A stretch of 64,000 bases of DNA, taken from Mytilus edulis (Eukaryota). The stretch is from NCBI RefSeq assembly GCF_963676685.1, contig NC_092351.1, forward strand, positions 25,482,001-25,546,000, in the 5' to 3' direction. The translations under genes were made by a program, and so were the position numbers. Under the pieces are notes generated by a model. The model saw nothing but the letters and a program-made list of their open reading frames with translations. It did no database searches and was not told the origin of the DNA. Below are positions 41,201 through 54,100 of this stretch, in pieces (position 1 is the first letter of the stretch; each line of letters opens with the position of its first letter).

Positions 41201-42883
41201 AAGATATCAAATCAAAGACGGACAGCTACAATCACCCAGTCAAAAAGGATAAAGCTAGTTTGAACATTTGAACAACTGACTTTGGCATTGAGGTATGAAT
41301 TTAATAGAGGATATATTTCCTATTTACGTTATTTTTCGACCCCTGCTAGTTTACACAACATACGTCGTGCAGACATTTTATAGAACTAACATTGGCAAGA
41401 TAAGGCTATGGTAACATACTATTTTGGGTCCTTTAAAGCTTGCTATGCGATATGGTCTTGCTCATTGTTAAAATCCGTACGTTGACTTATAGTTGCTACG
41501 CCATTTGATCTCTGGTGGAGATTTTCTCATTGGCAATCATACCACAAATTCTTATTTCAACACGGAATAAACTTTTATGACAGACATTGTTAACAGTGAA
41601 TAGGAAACATTACAGACCATTACACACGCAAAAAACAAACCAACGTCAAAAAAGTTATGATCTTTCGTTCGATTATTGTGACATATACATTTTAGCATCG
41701 ATCGATAATTATTTCCAATAAAGTTCAAAATAAAGATAAAATGAAATTATATTCTGACCGTTGAGAACTCAATCCCTGCTATTTTAACTTTTTGAACTAA
41801 TTTGTGTATATTTCAGACAACGAAGTCATTAAACACAACTGAAAAAGAATACAAAACAGTGTTACCATATGCTAGGTTGGCAGTAAGAGATACAATACGC
41901 TTCAGTCTTCCAGTACTCATGAAGGTAAAGTTCTGGGATAGTATGGTACAAATGTACATATTACAGTTTTGAACATTGATCTTTGTTTTTATAAAGTCTG
42001 TCTTTTTTACTATATAAACTAGAATAAAAAAATACAGATACTGTGGATTCATTATTATTCGTTGGATACCAATTATCGTGGCTTTCGTGGGTACTGTTGA
42101 ACCACGAAATTAAATGTTCAACGAATAACAAATTTTCTATAGGCTTGTATACAGACTTCAGCAAAACCTCGAAATTAAATATCCACGATCTTGCAAGTTT
42201 TCCCTAATCCACGAAAATTGGTACCCACGAAAATAAACGAATCCACAGTAAGTAATAAATTTATCCCATTGTGACCCGTAAAAAGATAGTTATTGATTTA
42301 AACTTTATTATGAGGAAACATTCAGTCTAAGATAATCTGATATAGATTTAAATGTTTTGAAATTTACAGAAACTTGTATTCATAAATTGGAACACATAAG
42401 ATCGAGGCATTCATATAGTATAACGACAGGATAAAAAAAAAGTATTTTTCTATGAAGCAGACATAAGTATAAAATGTATTGAATAAAAAACAGTTTGTGC
42501 GGGATCACCTTAAAACATTTAAATGGATTTAAAAAGGAACTTTTTTTATTTATTTATGACTCCGTTATCATTGATATAATCCGTGTTTTGTATTACCACA
42601 GGAATTTACAGCAACGCAGATTTCTCGACAGCTCAAACCGTATCTTAGCTTGGACAAAGTAAATAATTTTATTGAAAATTGTTCTCAATTTTCATGGAAT
42701 ATCAATGTGATGGAGACCCCTATGGTGCTTGTGTGGCCAACAGATGCAACTAAAGACAAATTATTTCATTATTTTAGATATTTTACAAAATTTGGAAATG
42801 ATTTTGACCATGGTGTATGGCCAGCTTTGTTATTAAATGAGGGTGGACCAACTATGGTTAGAGGTGTGGTGCAGCTGAAATAA
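38298..42883 (+). CDS. G6: MIEAP-like protein, ~377 aa, 8 coding exons
   Basis: Exons 38298-38345 (MEEDTVEDEEDRKFQQ), 39183-39344, 39743-39859, 40025-40116, 40458-40659, 41020-41142, 41817-41924, 42602-42883 (1134 nt). The N gap falls inside intron 2. Last exon FIENCSQFSWNINVMETPMVLVWP...VWPALLLNEGGPTMVRGVVQLK*. Confidence 0.87.
38617..39143 (-). mobile_element. 5'-truncated RTE-clade LINE fragment
   Basis: Frameshifted minus-strand peptide KTKLRLY/SCVFSVLLYGSECLRMTEKDTKRFVSFHNTC...VALRWTPKGKVKRGRPKTTWRCTIENE, typical of the RTE ORF C-terminus, with a (TAAG)n-like 3' tail. Lies in G6 intron 1. Confidence 0.82.
39373..39638. other. Assembly gap (266 N)
   Basis: Run of N within G6 intron 2; ORFs spanning it are artefacts. 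Confidence 0.99.
42041..42248. mobile_element. MITE with TA target duplication (Tc1/mariner-like)
   Basis: ta|ctgtggattc ... gaatccacag|ta, with internal ccacgaa/ttcgtgg repeats. Confidence 0.78.
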
Positions 42884-43645
42884 TTACGAATTACGAATGA
42901 CTAGTCATGTAAAAGCTCGTATACACTAATGAGGTCGTAAATATTTCATTTCCGTCGTCGTAACTTACGTTGCGCAGTGAGTGATTGGAAATGACGTGTA
43001 GATGAATAATAAAAGTAAAAACAAATAATTGAACAAATTTTTATATTTATTCATGGCATCAATTGTACCAATTCAGAAGGAAGTGAGATTTTTTTCCTTA
43101 AATTATCCAGGCAATTTTAACAAAATATGGTTCATAAGAAACATAGATTTGTAGTTCAACATTTTATATAAACAATATATGAGTAGGAAAAGACAATAAG
43201 TGGGTGAGCTAAATCTGCAAATAAAAACAACCCCATGACCAAACGAAAACAAGAGACCAACTACAATAAAAAAAAACTCGGCACACAGATAATAAGATTG
43301 AGTAATACAAACCCAACATAAACCCGGGTTGAAATTGCGTGCTCCGGTGGAATCATCAGCTTCTGTTGCAATAGTCATATCCGTCTTAATATCTTATTTT
43401 GTTAAAATCTTTTGATGTAACTAATTAAGTGATAAGGAAACGCAAAATCAAGGATTGGCAATTATCACTTGTTTAACAATAAAATATTAACAACTGCATC
43501 AACCATCTCCATGTGTAAACTTTTCAATTCAAATACACAAAGTTCTAAAAAAAAATGAAAACACAGTGTTATGGCAACTGACAGTGATGACCGTTTAAAA
43601 AAACACAACATTATATTTTAAAATTGTTTAAATTCTCATAATTAT

Positions 43646-43669
43646 GGGGGGGGGGGGGGGGGGGGGGGG
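43646..43669 (+). repeat. Poly-G tract (24 nt)
   Basis: Homopolymer seen directly in the sequence. Confidence 0.9.
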
Positions 43670-44289
43670 ATCCGATGAGTAAAATCGTAGATGTCGGTTT
43701 CGCAAGAACATATTTGACTAATTATGTACAATCTGATGTTCTTTTATAATACACAATTGTTGATGGATGTCTACAACGTAAACGTTATTCATGAAATAAC
43801 ATATTAACACAAATTGAATAAATTTGCCTAGATGGTCTTCTTAATTTTTATTTGTTATTATGATGCCATATATGTGGTCTGTATTGTTCATATACAAATC
43901 TTTCTTGAGAAGTTTAAAACTTTAATCTTGGCTTGTATATAGTGTCACACATATTTTCAAAATATTGAAAGTGTTAGTGATGTACTGCTGGTATTAAGGT
44001 AACACGATACCGAATGACGTTACGCCATGAGTTATCGTTCCTGACGTTATCGAATAACGTTCACACATATAAGCCAATGCAGCGGGTTTTGTGTAGCATT
44101 TTTAACGGTAAATTTCCCTAGATGCAGAGTGCCGAGAGTTTTGATGCAATACGTAGCGGTTATTTGACATAGATTGTTTTATCGTTTTCCGGCAATCATT
44201 CTACTCATTGTTAATCTTTAAAAAGTAATAATTTACTTTTTAAATATTCTGTTTCTTTGATATTTAAGCATCTGCACGCTTTATCTATA

Positions 44290-45191
44290 CAAGTACACAC
44301 CCGTGATATCGCTGGTCCGTAACTGAATTGAAGTATACAACTATGCCTAAGCCTTATTTTAGTAATTGGTATTGTCATCTGATAAAGTCATGTCGATTAT
44401 ATTAAGATACACAGTTTTCTCTGCTTTCAAATCTTTCTGTTTGAACCCGTCGACCTGGAACTTGTCAATTATTGGTAATATTAATTATTTGGAAAACAAA
44501 AGGTCCTGGCTATCCAGGAATGGAGTATGTTTTAATCAACATCATTGTCCCATATTAGTTATCTTAGAAAGTCTTGCTGATTACTGAATAAAACTACAAT
44601 AGGGAAAAATTTGACAAAGATTTGAATTTAGTAGTGTCGGCCCTTTGATTATGACCCGTGTATATAGCAAAATCCTAAATACACCGTTTGGTGGTGCGCC
44701 TGTCAAATGCGGAACGTACCCTTTGATTATGACCCGTGTATATAGCAAAATCCTGAATACACCGTTTGGTGGTGCGCCTGTCAAATGCGGAACGTACCCT
44801 TTGATTATGACCCGTGTATATAACAAAATCCTGAATACACCGTTTGGTGGTGCGCCTGTCAAATGCGGAACGTACCCTTTGATTATGACCCGTGTATATA
44901 GCAAAATCCTAAATACACCGTTTGGTGGTGCGCCTGTCAAATGCGGAACGTACAGATAAGGTAATAGGTAACAGGTGAATATATATTATTGGTATCGATA
45001 TCGGATTCGACCCGGAACTTGTTAATTATTGGCAATATTAATTATGTGGAAAACAAAAGGGTCTGGAGTGGTGTAATTTTTAATCTACACCATTGTCCTA
45101 TATTAGCTATATATAGAGTTGAATTCTTTGATTTGTCGTTTTTACCCGATGACGGCTGACAAATTGGATATCGTAATTTTAGTATTATAGA
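44290..45191 (-). mobile_element. Non-autonomous Helitron
   Basis: Minus strand starts A|TCTATAATACTAAAA at 45191 and ends with a GC-rich imperfect hairpin (ccagcgatatcacggg) plus tgtgtaCTTG|T at 44290. Inserted in an AT dinucleotide with no TSD. Confidence 0.68.
44641..44952. repeat. Minisatellite, 4 x 78 bp
   Basis: Units start at 44641, 44719, 44797 and 44875; nearly identical, with no spacers. Diverged ~100-bp direct repeats lie on either side (~44457-44560 and ~45014-45110). Confidence 0.95.
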
Positions 45192-45859
45192 TATGTTCTT
45201 ATGCATAACAGGCACAGTTTTATCACTTTATTTTTATTCTTGGGATAGATATAGGAAGATGTGGTGTGAGTGCCAATGAGACAACTCTCCATCCAAATAA
45301 CAATTTATAAAAGCAAACCTTGGTTTATTTTTGCAATAAGTACTTAGTCATGATTCACGCCGTATCCTCATGAAATTTTGTTTTGAAAGTAGAAACCTAA
45401 TTCATAGAAGCTTAGGATGATGTGTGTAAAAAACGGGGAATTTTACAACTATTAATTCGTTTTAAAATGGTCATCAAAAACACCGCTCGGACAAAATTGA
45501 AATTTATTTGGATGAGAATACGGATATAATTAGGGGGAAAAGCACAATACAAGCAGACGTTGAAAATCATACAGAAAATAGTTTGTTTGTATGGAATGAA
45601 AAAAAGTGGTTATTTAGCCGAATAACTTTTCCTGTGTTCCATGTGTAAACAGTCTCTGAAATTCATTGGTCTGTACAGAGTAAATTCGATATAGTTTTGG
45701 AAATATTTTAAAATACAGTGCCAGCTTTGTAATCGTATAAACCACGTCTACTCAGGACGGACAGCAACATCGGAATGAAGCATTAGAAAGTTAACGAAGG
45801 CTGAGAAATACATGGGCACTTGATTCGGCAGAAATAAAATAACAAAATTCAGGTTCCGT

Positions 45860-45942
45860 TACAGTCTGAATAAAGCCAGCCCCGAGTATCCACTTGCGTC
45901 TACAAACGCAAGTTGATAGTTGGGGCTGGCTGTAGTCAGACC
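45860..45942. mobile_element. 83-bp palindromic mini-element flanked by 8-bp direct repeat GGTTCCGT
   Basis: gtctga..agccagcccc..acttgcgt/ctacaa/acgcaagt..ggggctggct..tcagac; GGTTCCGT at 45852-45859 and 45943-45950. Confidence 0.65.
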
Positions 45943-48193
45943 GGTTCCGTGTTCCCTGATTCCGTTATAATTTTTTTCTCGAAATTTACATGCAAACGGC
46001 TGACTTTTTATTATTCAAACGGCAAGAGACTGTAAAAAAGCTAGATCTTGAAATCATTTAGATTTTATATTCGTGTTAATATACGCTTGCATTGGTATTC
46101 GGTGTTTTTTTAGTTTTGAGTTGGAAATAATGTACATGTACAAGTTGGGAGACAAAACGACCGAAAGAAAATTAACAAAGTTCACTTTTAGGGCTCTGAG
46201 GGCCATATTGCTCGCATAATAGGCGTCGGAAAATGCCCGGAAAGTTTCTTTCTTAAAATTAGTTTTTAGAACAAGTATAAGTATATATATACATGTATAG
46301 CGTCAGTTTAAATTTTCCCGACCATCATCGCGGATGCCCTGCCTCTATTGCAAAACCTACCTATTGTATTTATTGTTAACTTGTTCTCGTCCTGAACATG
46401 CATGAACTATTTTCCACTGGACGTTAACCAACCAATAATCAAAGCAATCAATCCTACAATTTACCCCCGTCACTTGAAACTATAGTTGTTAAAATTTAAA
46501 TCATTGCCTCTAATTTTTTTCAAAAAATTCGACAAAGTTTAAACGCAGACCGCGAGGAAGACCAAAATTGAACAGTTACGCAAAACTAAATATCTACGTT
46601 ACCGCTTGCTCATTTTGGAAGTAGTGTAACATGAGACTTTATTTGTAAAAGTACAAGTACAAATAAAAAAAAATTGTGTACATGTACATGTTATTTGTAC
46701 AAAAGTTGGCTGATAGAATGATAAATGGAGATATGTGATATGCAATTTATAAGATAGCAACAGCTGGGCATTAATTAACTGACATCAACACCTTGAAGAC
46801 ATCAAGAAAATCGTGACTAATGCTTATTGGAATAGTATCTTTACACTTTTTATTTGTAGTTTTAGTAAACGTTGGAAAATTTTGAGTATGTGTAGTATAA
46901 TTGTCACAGTAACATTTCAGTCTCTTGGTAGAACAAAGATATTATTTAAATAATTTTATTTCAAATATTTACGTGAATTTAACGTGTACAAAATTCCGGT
47001 GATTTATGCATGAACTATTATCATAAGATTCACATGGAACCTGTTCACGCAAGTTTCAAGTCATGATATGCTCGTTTGATGTGAAAATCGGACGATATTG
47101 ATAGTAATTCATATGAGTGAAATTCCATGTGCAGGACGAAATAAAATTATATCTGATTCAGTAGAATTTTATATTGCATTACTAGGAACTTTACGACAGT
47201 CGACAGGGGAAATGAAATAAAATATACTCATTCAGATCCCGACACATATTTTTTCTCCATTTCTCTGAGAAGGAATAACGTTATATTCCGTACACCATAA
47301 CGTCACACGTTTTTGGTCAAATTCTAGGCCTATCGATCAACTTTGAAGCCATTTATTTCAAAAACAAGGATGGTGACATATGAGTTTCTATACGTGTATG
47401 GATTCACTATGCAATCCTGGATATTATGTTAGTTTTTTGTTTTTCTCCGTATATAAGAAAATAGCCATCCATTCGAAAATCTAAAAAGGTAAGCCGAAAA
47501 AAAGGCATTTCCCCTATATACCTAAGTAAATTTGTCGCCAAAATTGACGTTTTCCTATGAAAATTACAAAAAAACAAAAATGGTGACCCCCATTTATTAT
47601 TTCATATTCCGATGTAACTCGATTCAAAGTACACGTATGCCAAAAATTTTGGAAATCGGGAGATATGCCATTCGGTATCGTGTTACCTTAACAGAGTTAT
47701 AAACTCATCGTATACAACAGGATTAAAATTGTGTACGCTGTCTGCGCGTTTCGTCTTCTAGAGGCGTTAAAATGGCCAAAACGAATTGAAGTGCCCTGAG
47801 GACCCACACTTTTGAATGATTTTGCAATATACAGCGTATAATGTAATCCCAACATCAAATTACATATACATAAGGTAGAATAGTTTAGGGTTTTGACATG
47901 CTTAATTTTTAATTTAGTTTAACATTATAATGATGAAAACAATTTTCAAAACAAAACAATTTACCGATTCACCTTTAGAGTCCGCTATGCACAAACGGAT
48001 AGACGGGTTTTATATATTTGGTACTTATATTGTTACTGCAAATCTGTTAAATACCATCCTTTATTATATTTGCTTGATTAATCAAAAGATAACATGTATT
48101 TGAATAGCTGTTAACGACAGATTAAATCCATTCGTGTTTCAAACGGAGGTTGTGTTTAAGTATCAGTTAAAGAAGGAATTAGAAATCACAATA

Positions 48194-51100
48194 ATGTCAA
48201 AGGTAAGTCGACATGTAAATAATAATTGTTAATGGTTTCATAATCAAGATTTTTTGGGTGTTTTCAAAGTTGATAAATTTGCAATATTTTCACCTTTTAG
48301 AATGAAATAATCTAGTACAAAATCAGTATTTGATACACTTAAATTTCGAATTATTGTCTGAAATTGTCATTCTTTGTTATGAAAAGAATTCGATTAATTG
48401 AAATATGTTGGTCATAATTAAACCTACGTATAAACAATATACATTTAGATGCTTAACATTTTTAGTACTGTTAAAATGGTATATATGATGAGTAACGATA
48501 CTTAAGTAGAAGTAGTTGAGGTTTGAGTGGTGTTGCTTGCTTAGCTACATAAGGAGCAGCCGATCTCATTGTAAATGATAAGTTAATGACAAAAACACTC
48601 AGCAAAACGTTCTTCAGTTGTAAAAAAAAATCTTAAGCGTGCTGTATCTAATTCTATGGGATCATTAGATGTTGCCTCCAAACCTTATATCAATAAGGGG
48701 CGAGCATGATAGATATTGGACACTGCTTTCAAGTTCAGAAAGTAACTTTTGTTTGACATTCGTTTGATGTGTTTGAGCTTTTGATTTTGCGATTTGATAA
48801 GCTTTCCTTCTTGAATTTTCGTCAGAGTTCAGTATTTTTGTGATTTTACTTTTTGTTATCCATTCGTTTGGTGTGTTTGAGATTTAGATTTTGCCATTTG
48901 ATTAGGGACTTTCCGGTTGATTTTTCATCGGAGCTAGGTGTTTAAGTATATTTTTTTTTCCAAAAAGTGTGGCGACTTTTATTTTCCTGTTCCAGTAATG
49001 AATGTCTTAGCAGCAGCTTTGTGCCGATTTTTCAATATACCTTTTACTTTTACGACACATGGTGAAGTTCGTTTTACATTTTCGACATGTTATAATGTTT
49101 ATTGCTTTTTGTTCGAAGTAATATTAAAAGTATCACTGTGGCTTGAGAAAATGGTTAACAATTAAATAGCTGGTTAATTGTTTTCTTAAATGCTGGTGAG
49201 GTTCCAGGATTAATATACTGAATATGTGTACCTTTAATATGACATTCACTTTTCATTTTGCAATTTTAGTTACAGTTTTCCTTCTCAGTCCTGGACAGAT
49301 TTATTCACGATGTTCAGAAACCGGTTGCACATCCAACCTCTGGCGATGCTAAAAGGGCTTCCTCTGCGATTGACGACATCATAAATAATGTTCCACTGAT
49401 CGATGAATTAAATGTAAGATTAAATTACTTAATTTCTTTATTGAGCATTGTCAAGTAAAATTTACAAACAAATAAGTTAAACAAAGCATGAAACAAAATT
49501 TAAATATGCTACCATTAAGTAAAGAGAAGAAAAAAATGCTATTCAGTTAATATGAATTAAAAAGAATAAGTCAGCATGAATTAATATGTTCTCCTGGGCT
49601 GGAAACAATAATGATCTTATCCTTTTTTTTTAATGCCAGTCTGTCGAAATTTTACCATTGTTGGTTATGCTGCGTGAATCTCCGGAAAAAATAGTTTGAC
49701 ATGTTTCCAAATAGTTTGTAAAATAAATGTACCAAAACTCAAAGAAATTTCTTAAAATCTAAAGCCCAAAGAATCTTTGAATTACAAAAATATATTTCAA
49801 ACATGTATTGATACAACAAAATGTATGTCTGATTTTAATTTGGTACAAACACATATGATAGACAGAACATATATTGCACCCATTTTTGGATTTAAAGGGA
49901 TATAAAAAATGTTCCAAGCGATCTTACAAATCCTAGTCACTATGGCATTTTTATATGACTAAAAAACATCAATCAATTCAACAATCAATTCAACCCTCAT
50001 GACGCTTCACATTAACTTTATCAATAAAATTTAATATTTCAAAGGTGAAAGGCTTACGAGATCTTATCAAACTTGCAGAAAAGGGAAAGTTCACAGACAT
50101 GAAAAACAAAGCCAGTGAAGCTATTTCTGATTACCAGATAATTGAATCATTTTATAAGAAAAAGGTTCGTTTGTAGATTACAATGTTGTATTTCGCTAGT
50201 TTTTTTATGGAAAGTAGTACATGTAGATATTTTATAACGCAAAACAATACATTATACGATTTTTTTCAATCAAACGCATGTTGTTTGTCAATGTGTATTG
50301 TGATTTTAAATTAGTATTGAGACACTAAATTGTTATATGCAGACATTTAACAGACCTGCGCCTTTCCCCTAACTGTCGTTCTACATATATGATGAATGCA
50401 ATCAACATAGAGAAAAGATATTCTGTAATAAATGTGGTTGGATTTCCTTTACCTCCTGATTAGGCGCGGGTCTGCTAAATGTCTGCATATAACAATATGT
50501 AGCGACACGTCTATTAACCAAAGCACCACAGGACAAGAAAAATCAACTACAGTTCACCACACGACCTGCAAAAAAAACCCAATACATCATGCCGTTGAAT
50601 ACGCTATTGAAGGCTCCGAAAATCAAAAAGTCAATCAACTGATGAAATTAACGAAAAACAATTATGACAGGCGGCAAAAAACAACAACTACTGGACAACA
50701 GGCTCTTCCATTGAATGCAAAATGCTCTTACTAGCCGGGATTTTCTCCTTAGTTAAATGATTATATCAAAATACTACTAGTATTGTGTAAGTTTTTTAAC
50801 AAACACATATGTGTTTCTTTTGTTGTATAATGTGATTCAGAAACATATCCAGTAATTAAAAATAAATATTAGGGTATAATGAATGTTTTGTATTTTATGA
50901 TCAGAATAGAAAAACAACATTTAATTTTCATAAAGGATTTTGCAGGTTTTACCCACATCGGAAAGTATAGATTCAAATGATAAGGAAAAGCAACCAAAGT
51001 TGAAAGAGGTTACAGATTCATTGTAAGTGAATGTACCTCGTCTTTCATGTAGTATCAAAATAGTTTAGTTGATCGGAAACAAATGAACGGAAAAATTGTT

Positions 51101-54100
51101 CAATCTGAAGAAAAAAATAATAATTAAATTTTCTAATGATTTACTTGTACTCCAAACCTAAATTGAACCTGTCTTAACAGCTGAAATCTCATTATATTTA
51201 TTAAAAGAAGAGTGTTCTGTTTTTACGATGTTGATATTCGAGGATCAAACCTGTTTGTACTTTATACAAGTGTTGACTTTATTTCCAGACTGAACCCATC
51301 TTACAAGCTTATGGATAACTATACAGCAGATGATAGACCGCATGGTCAAGATTTGGTCAACAGCAGACTTCTGCATCAACACAATACCACAGAAATAAAC
51401 GAAAGGTATGAATAGGTGTACTCTTTTACAGTCTTAGATATAAGAAGATGTGGTATGAGTGCCAATGGCTATGAGCCAACTCGTTATCAAAATGGTCTTA
51501 ATTGTTTAAATTGTAAGTAAAAAAAGATAAGCAATATAACAGTATGACAAATTGCAACTTAAGTTTGATAAACATTACCGAAGATGGTTTTCATGTCGTG
51601 TTTAAAACATTATAGTTTGGGATAAATATCTAATTGCTTTCATCCAGAAGAGATCAAGAAGCCAGTTTTTCTATCCATAACCAGAATCCGATGATAACGG
51701 ACATATCTGATACCAACAGACCTACAAAGGTAGCAGAACAATTCTCTGCGCTGTATGACAATGAGTGGACAGACGCTTTTGATGCCATTGCGAGGCTGGA
51801 GGGAAAGAAGGCAAACATAGAAAAAGAAATCATTATTTATCTGGATGATGTTCTAAGGGTAGTTATTATTTTTCTCCATTTAAATTCAAATGTACTAATT
51901 CATGAGAAGGCTTTCTTTACAGTCGCAGGTGGATTGTCAGTCCAAATTGGCAATTGAAGCCCCGTATCTTGTTACTCGGTATTGACATAACTTAAAACAT
52001 ATAACTTGGATTGTTTTTAAATTTTGTATATTTCATTTAATTATACTTAAACAAAAGCAGTATCTTCTAATGGACAAATGGACAAATGAAATGCCACGGT
52101 TCTCAGCGTTTTATGTGTTTGTAGCTTCCCAAACTTTTGGTCTCAAGCGTCCTCATTATATGGGAAATTTACGGTATACATATTACTTTAGATAAGAATA
52201 GAAAATTATCGAAGAATCACAATGATTGAAAACAAGTTTAGAAAAAATGCCTGTGTATTTTTCCAAAATGTTTTTTCTTTGGAAGATTTGAAGTTTTATT
52301 TCTATTCAGTATTAGAACTGAAGATATATGACTAATAACGTGTTTATATGATATTGTTTTTCCTAGCTTGTATTGATGACTTTATATATTTTGTAGAACA
52401 TTTACGTGTATACAGTTAAACGAGTACCAGCACTGGTAGACAATATCGCACTACAATTGGAGCAGACGATGTTGGATCCAGTAAGCAGTACCAAAGAAAA
52501 AGTACGATTGTTTATTTTAAACATCCATAAATAAACTTAGACATTATAGTAAAAAAAACCTCAACAATTCACTTGAAAAAACTACAATGAATTTTCTGAG
52601 ACAGTTTTATTGCCATACATTACAACACATAATGCTGTTGACTACAAAGTGTGTATATGAATTTGAATAAGGACATCCCATAGAGTATGAAGGTCTAACT
52701 GAATCAAAAGGATATATTTCGTAGCGACTTTTTTCAACTTGCGTATTGGCGGAGGTACTAAGGGAATACGCTAAGAACAGTAAGATCAATCATGAGTAAT
52801 ACCTTGTTTCTTTGATAAATAAAAATAGTATCCGAGTTCATGGTATTCGGCAATGTGTTAAATCATTTTATGTACATGTATGTCCTGCTGTTTAAATTTA
52901 TCAATTTTTTTTTAACAAAAAACATTATATACATAAAACTGCATTTTGGTAAAAGTATATACATTTTGTAAGTAGTGCTGTGTACGGATTGATAGTTGAG
53001 TCTTAGATGCATGATTTTTTTATTAGTTGTTAGTGGCTTTGAACTAGCTGTCAGATAACTGCAAGTACTCTCAGATCTGTTCATTGTGTCTTTTTGTTTC
53101 GGGATGTATAAGTACCCGGCCACGTCCACTTGTATTTTTGTCCATCTGATGAGTTAAGCCTTTTTCAACTGATTTTTATAGTTCGTTCTTATGTTGTACT
53201 GTTATACCACTGTCCCAGGTTAGGGGGAGGGTTGGGATCCCGCTAACATGTTAAACCCCGCCACATTATTTATGTATGTGCCTGTCCCAAGTCAGGAGCC
53301 TGTAATTCAGTGGTTGTCGTTTGTTTATGTGTTACATATTTGTTTTTCGTTCATTTTTTATATAAATAAGTCCGTTAGTTTTCTCGTTTGAATTGTTTTA
53401 CATTGTCTTATCGGGGCCTTTTATAGTTGACTATGCGGTATGGGCTTTGCTCATTGTTGAAGGTCGTACGGTGGCCTATAGTTGTTAATTTCTGTGTCAT
53501 TTTGGTCTCTTGTGGACAATTGTCTCATTGGCAATCATACCACATCATCTTTTTTATACTGTATAAATGTACGCAGAAGGAAACAAAAGGGTATACACAT
53601 ACCAAAACAGGATCCAATAGAATTGAAGTAATTCACTGTGTACAAATCTGTTGGATTTCTTTATTTTAAGGTTACCAATCCGAGTGTGATACACAATAGT
53701 AAGTTTCAGCGGTATGCTAAGACCTGTGTCAAAGAGACAGCGAAATTGAGCATTCAAGCTCTGATTCAGGTAATGTAAATTACATAGGTGCCGCAAAGCT
53801 AACAAAAAATACCCCAAAAAAAAAGCTTATGCGCTCGTGACACATATATGTTTTATATATCGATATTAAATTCATTTCAAGAAATAACCATCAAGATTCC
53901 TACCTCAAGCTTTAACTAAAAACTAATATTAAAAAATAATCCGATGATTTTATTTGTTTTGTTTAAGTGTGTTTATTTTAAAGAGAAGATAATCATTCGA
54001 AACTTTCTTCGCCCTGAACATGCATGAACTATTTGCCACTGGACTTTAAGCAATCAATCAATCAAATCGTAACTGTTTAAAATATATAAGAATGTATATG

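Larger units (their letters stand above)
43998..47687. mobile_element. ~3.7-kb non-autonomous TIR DNA element with TTAA flanks (Kolobok-like)
   Basis: ttaa|ggtaacacgataccgaatg (43994-44016) is the perfect reverse complement of cattcggtatcgtgttacc|ttaa (47669-47691). No transposase ORF inside. Confidence 0.75.

Noticed and set aside
44581-44959. Repetitive ORFs on both strands and a CRISPR-like appearance
   Set aside because: Head-to-tail 78-bp units with no unique spacers and no cas genes. A unit length divisible by 3 explains the open frames.
53140-53170. CTGATGAG in repeat family B as a hammerhead core
   Set aside because: No stem II followed by GAAA and no cleavage-site geometry.
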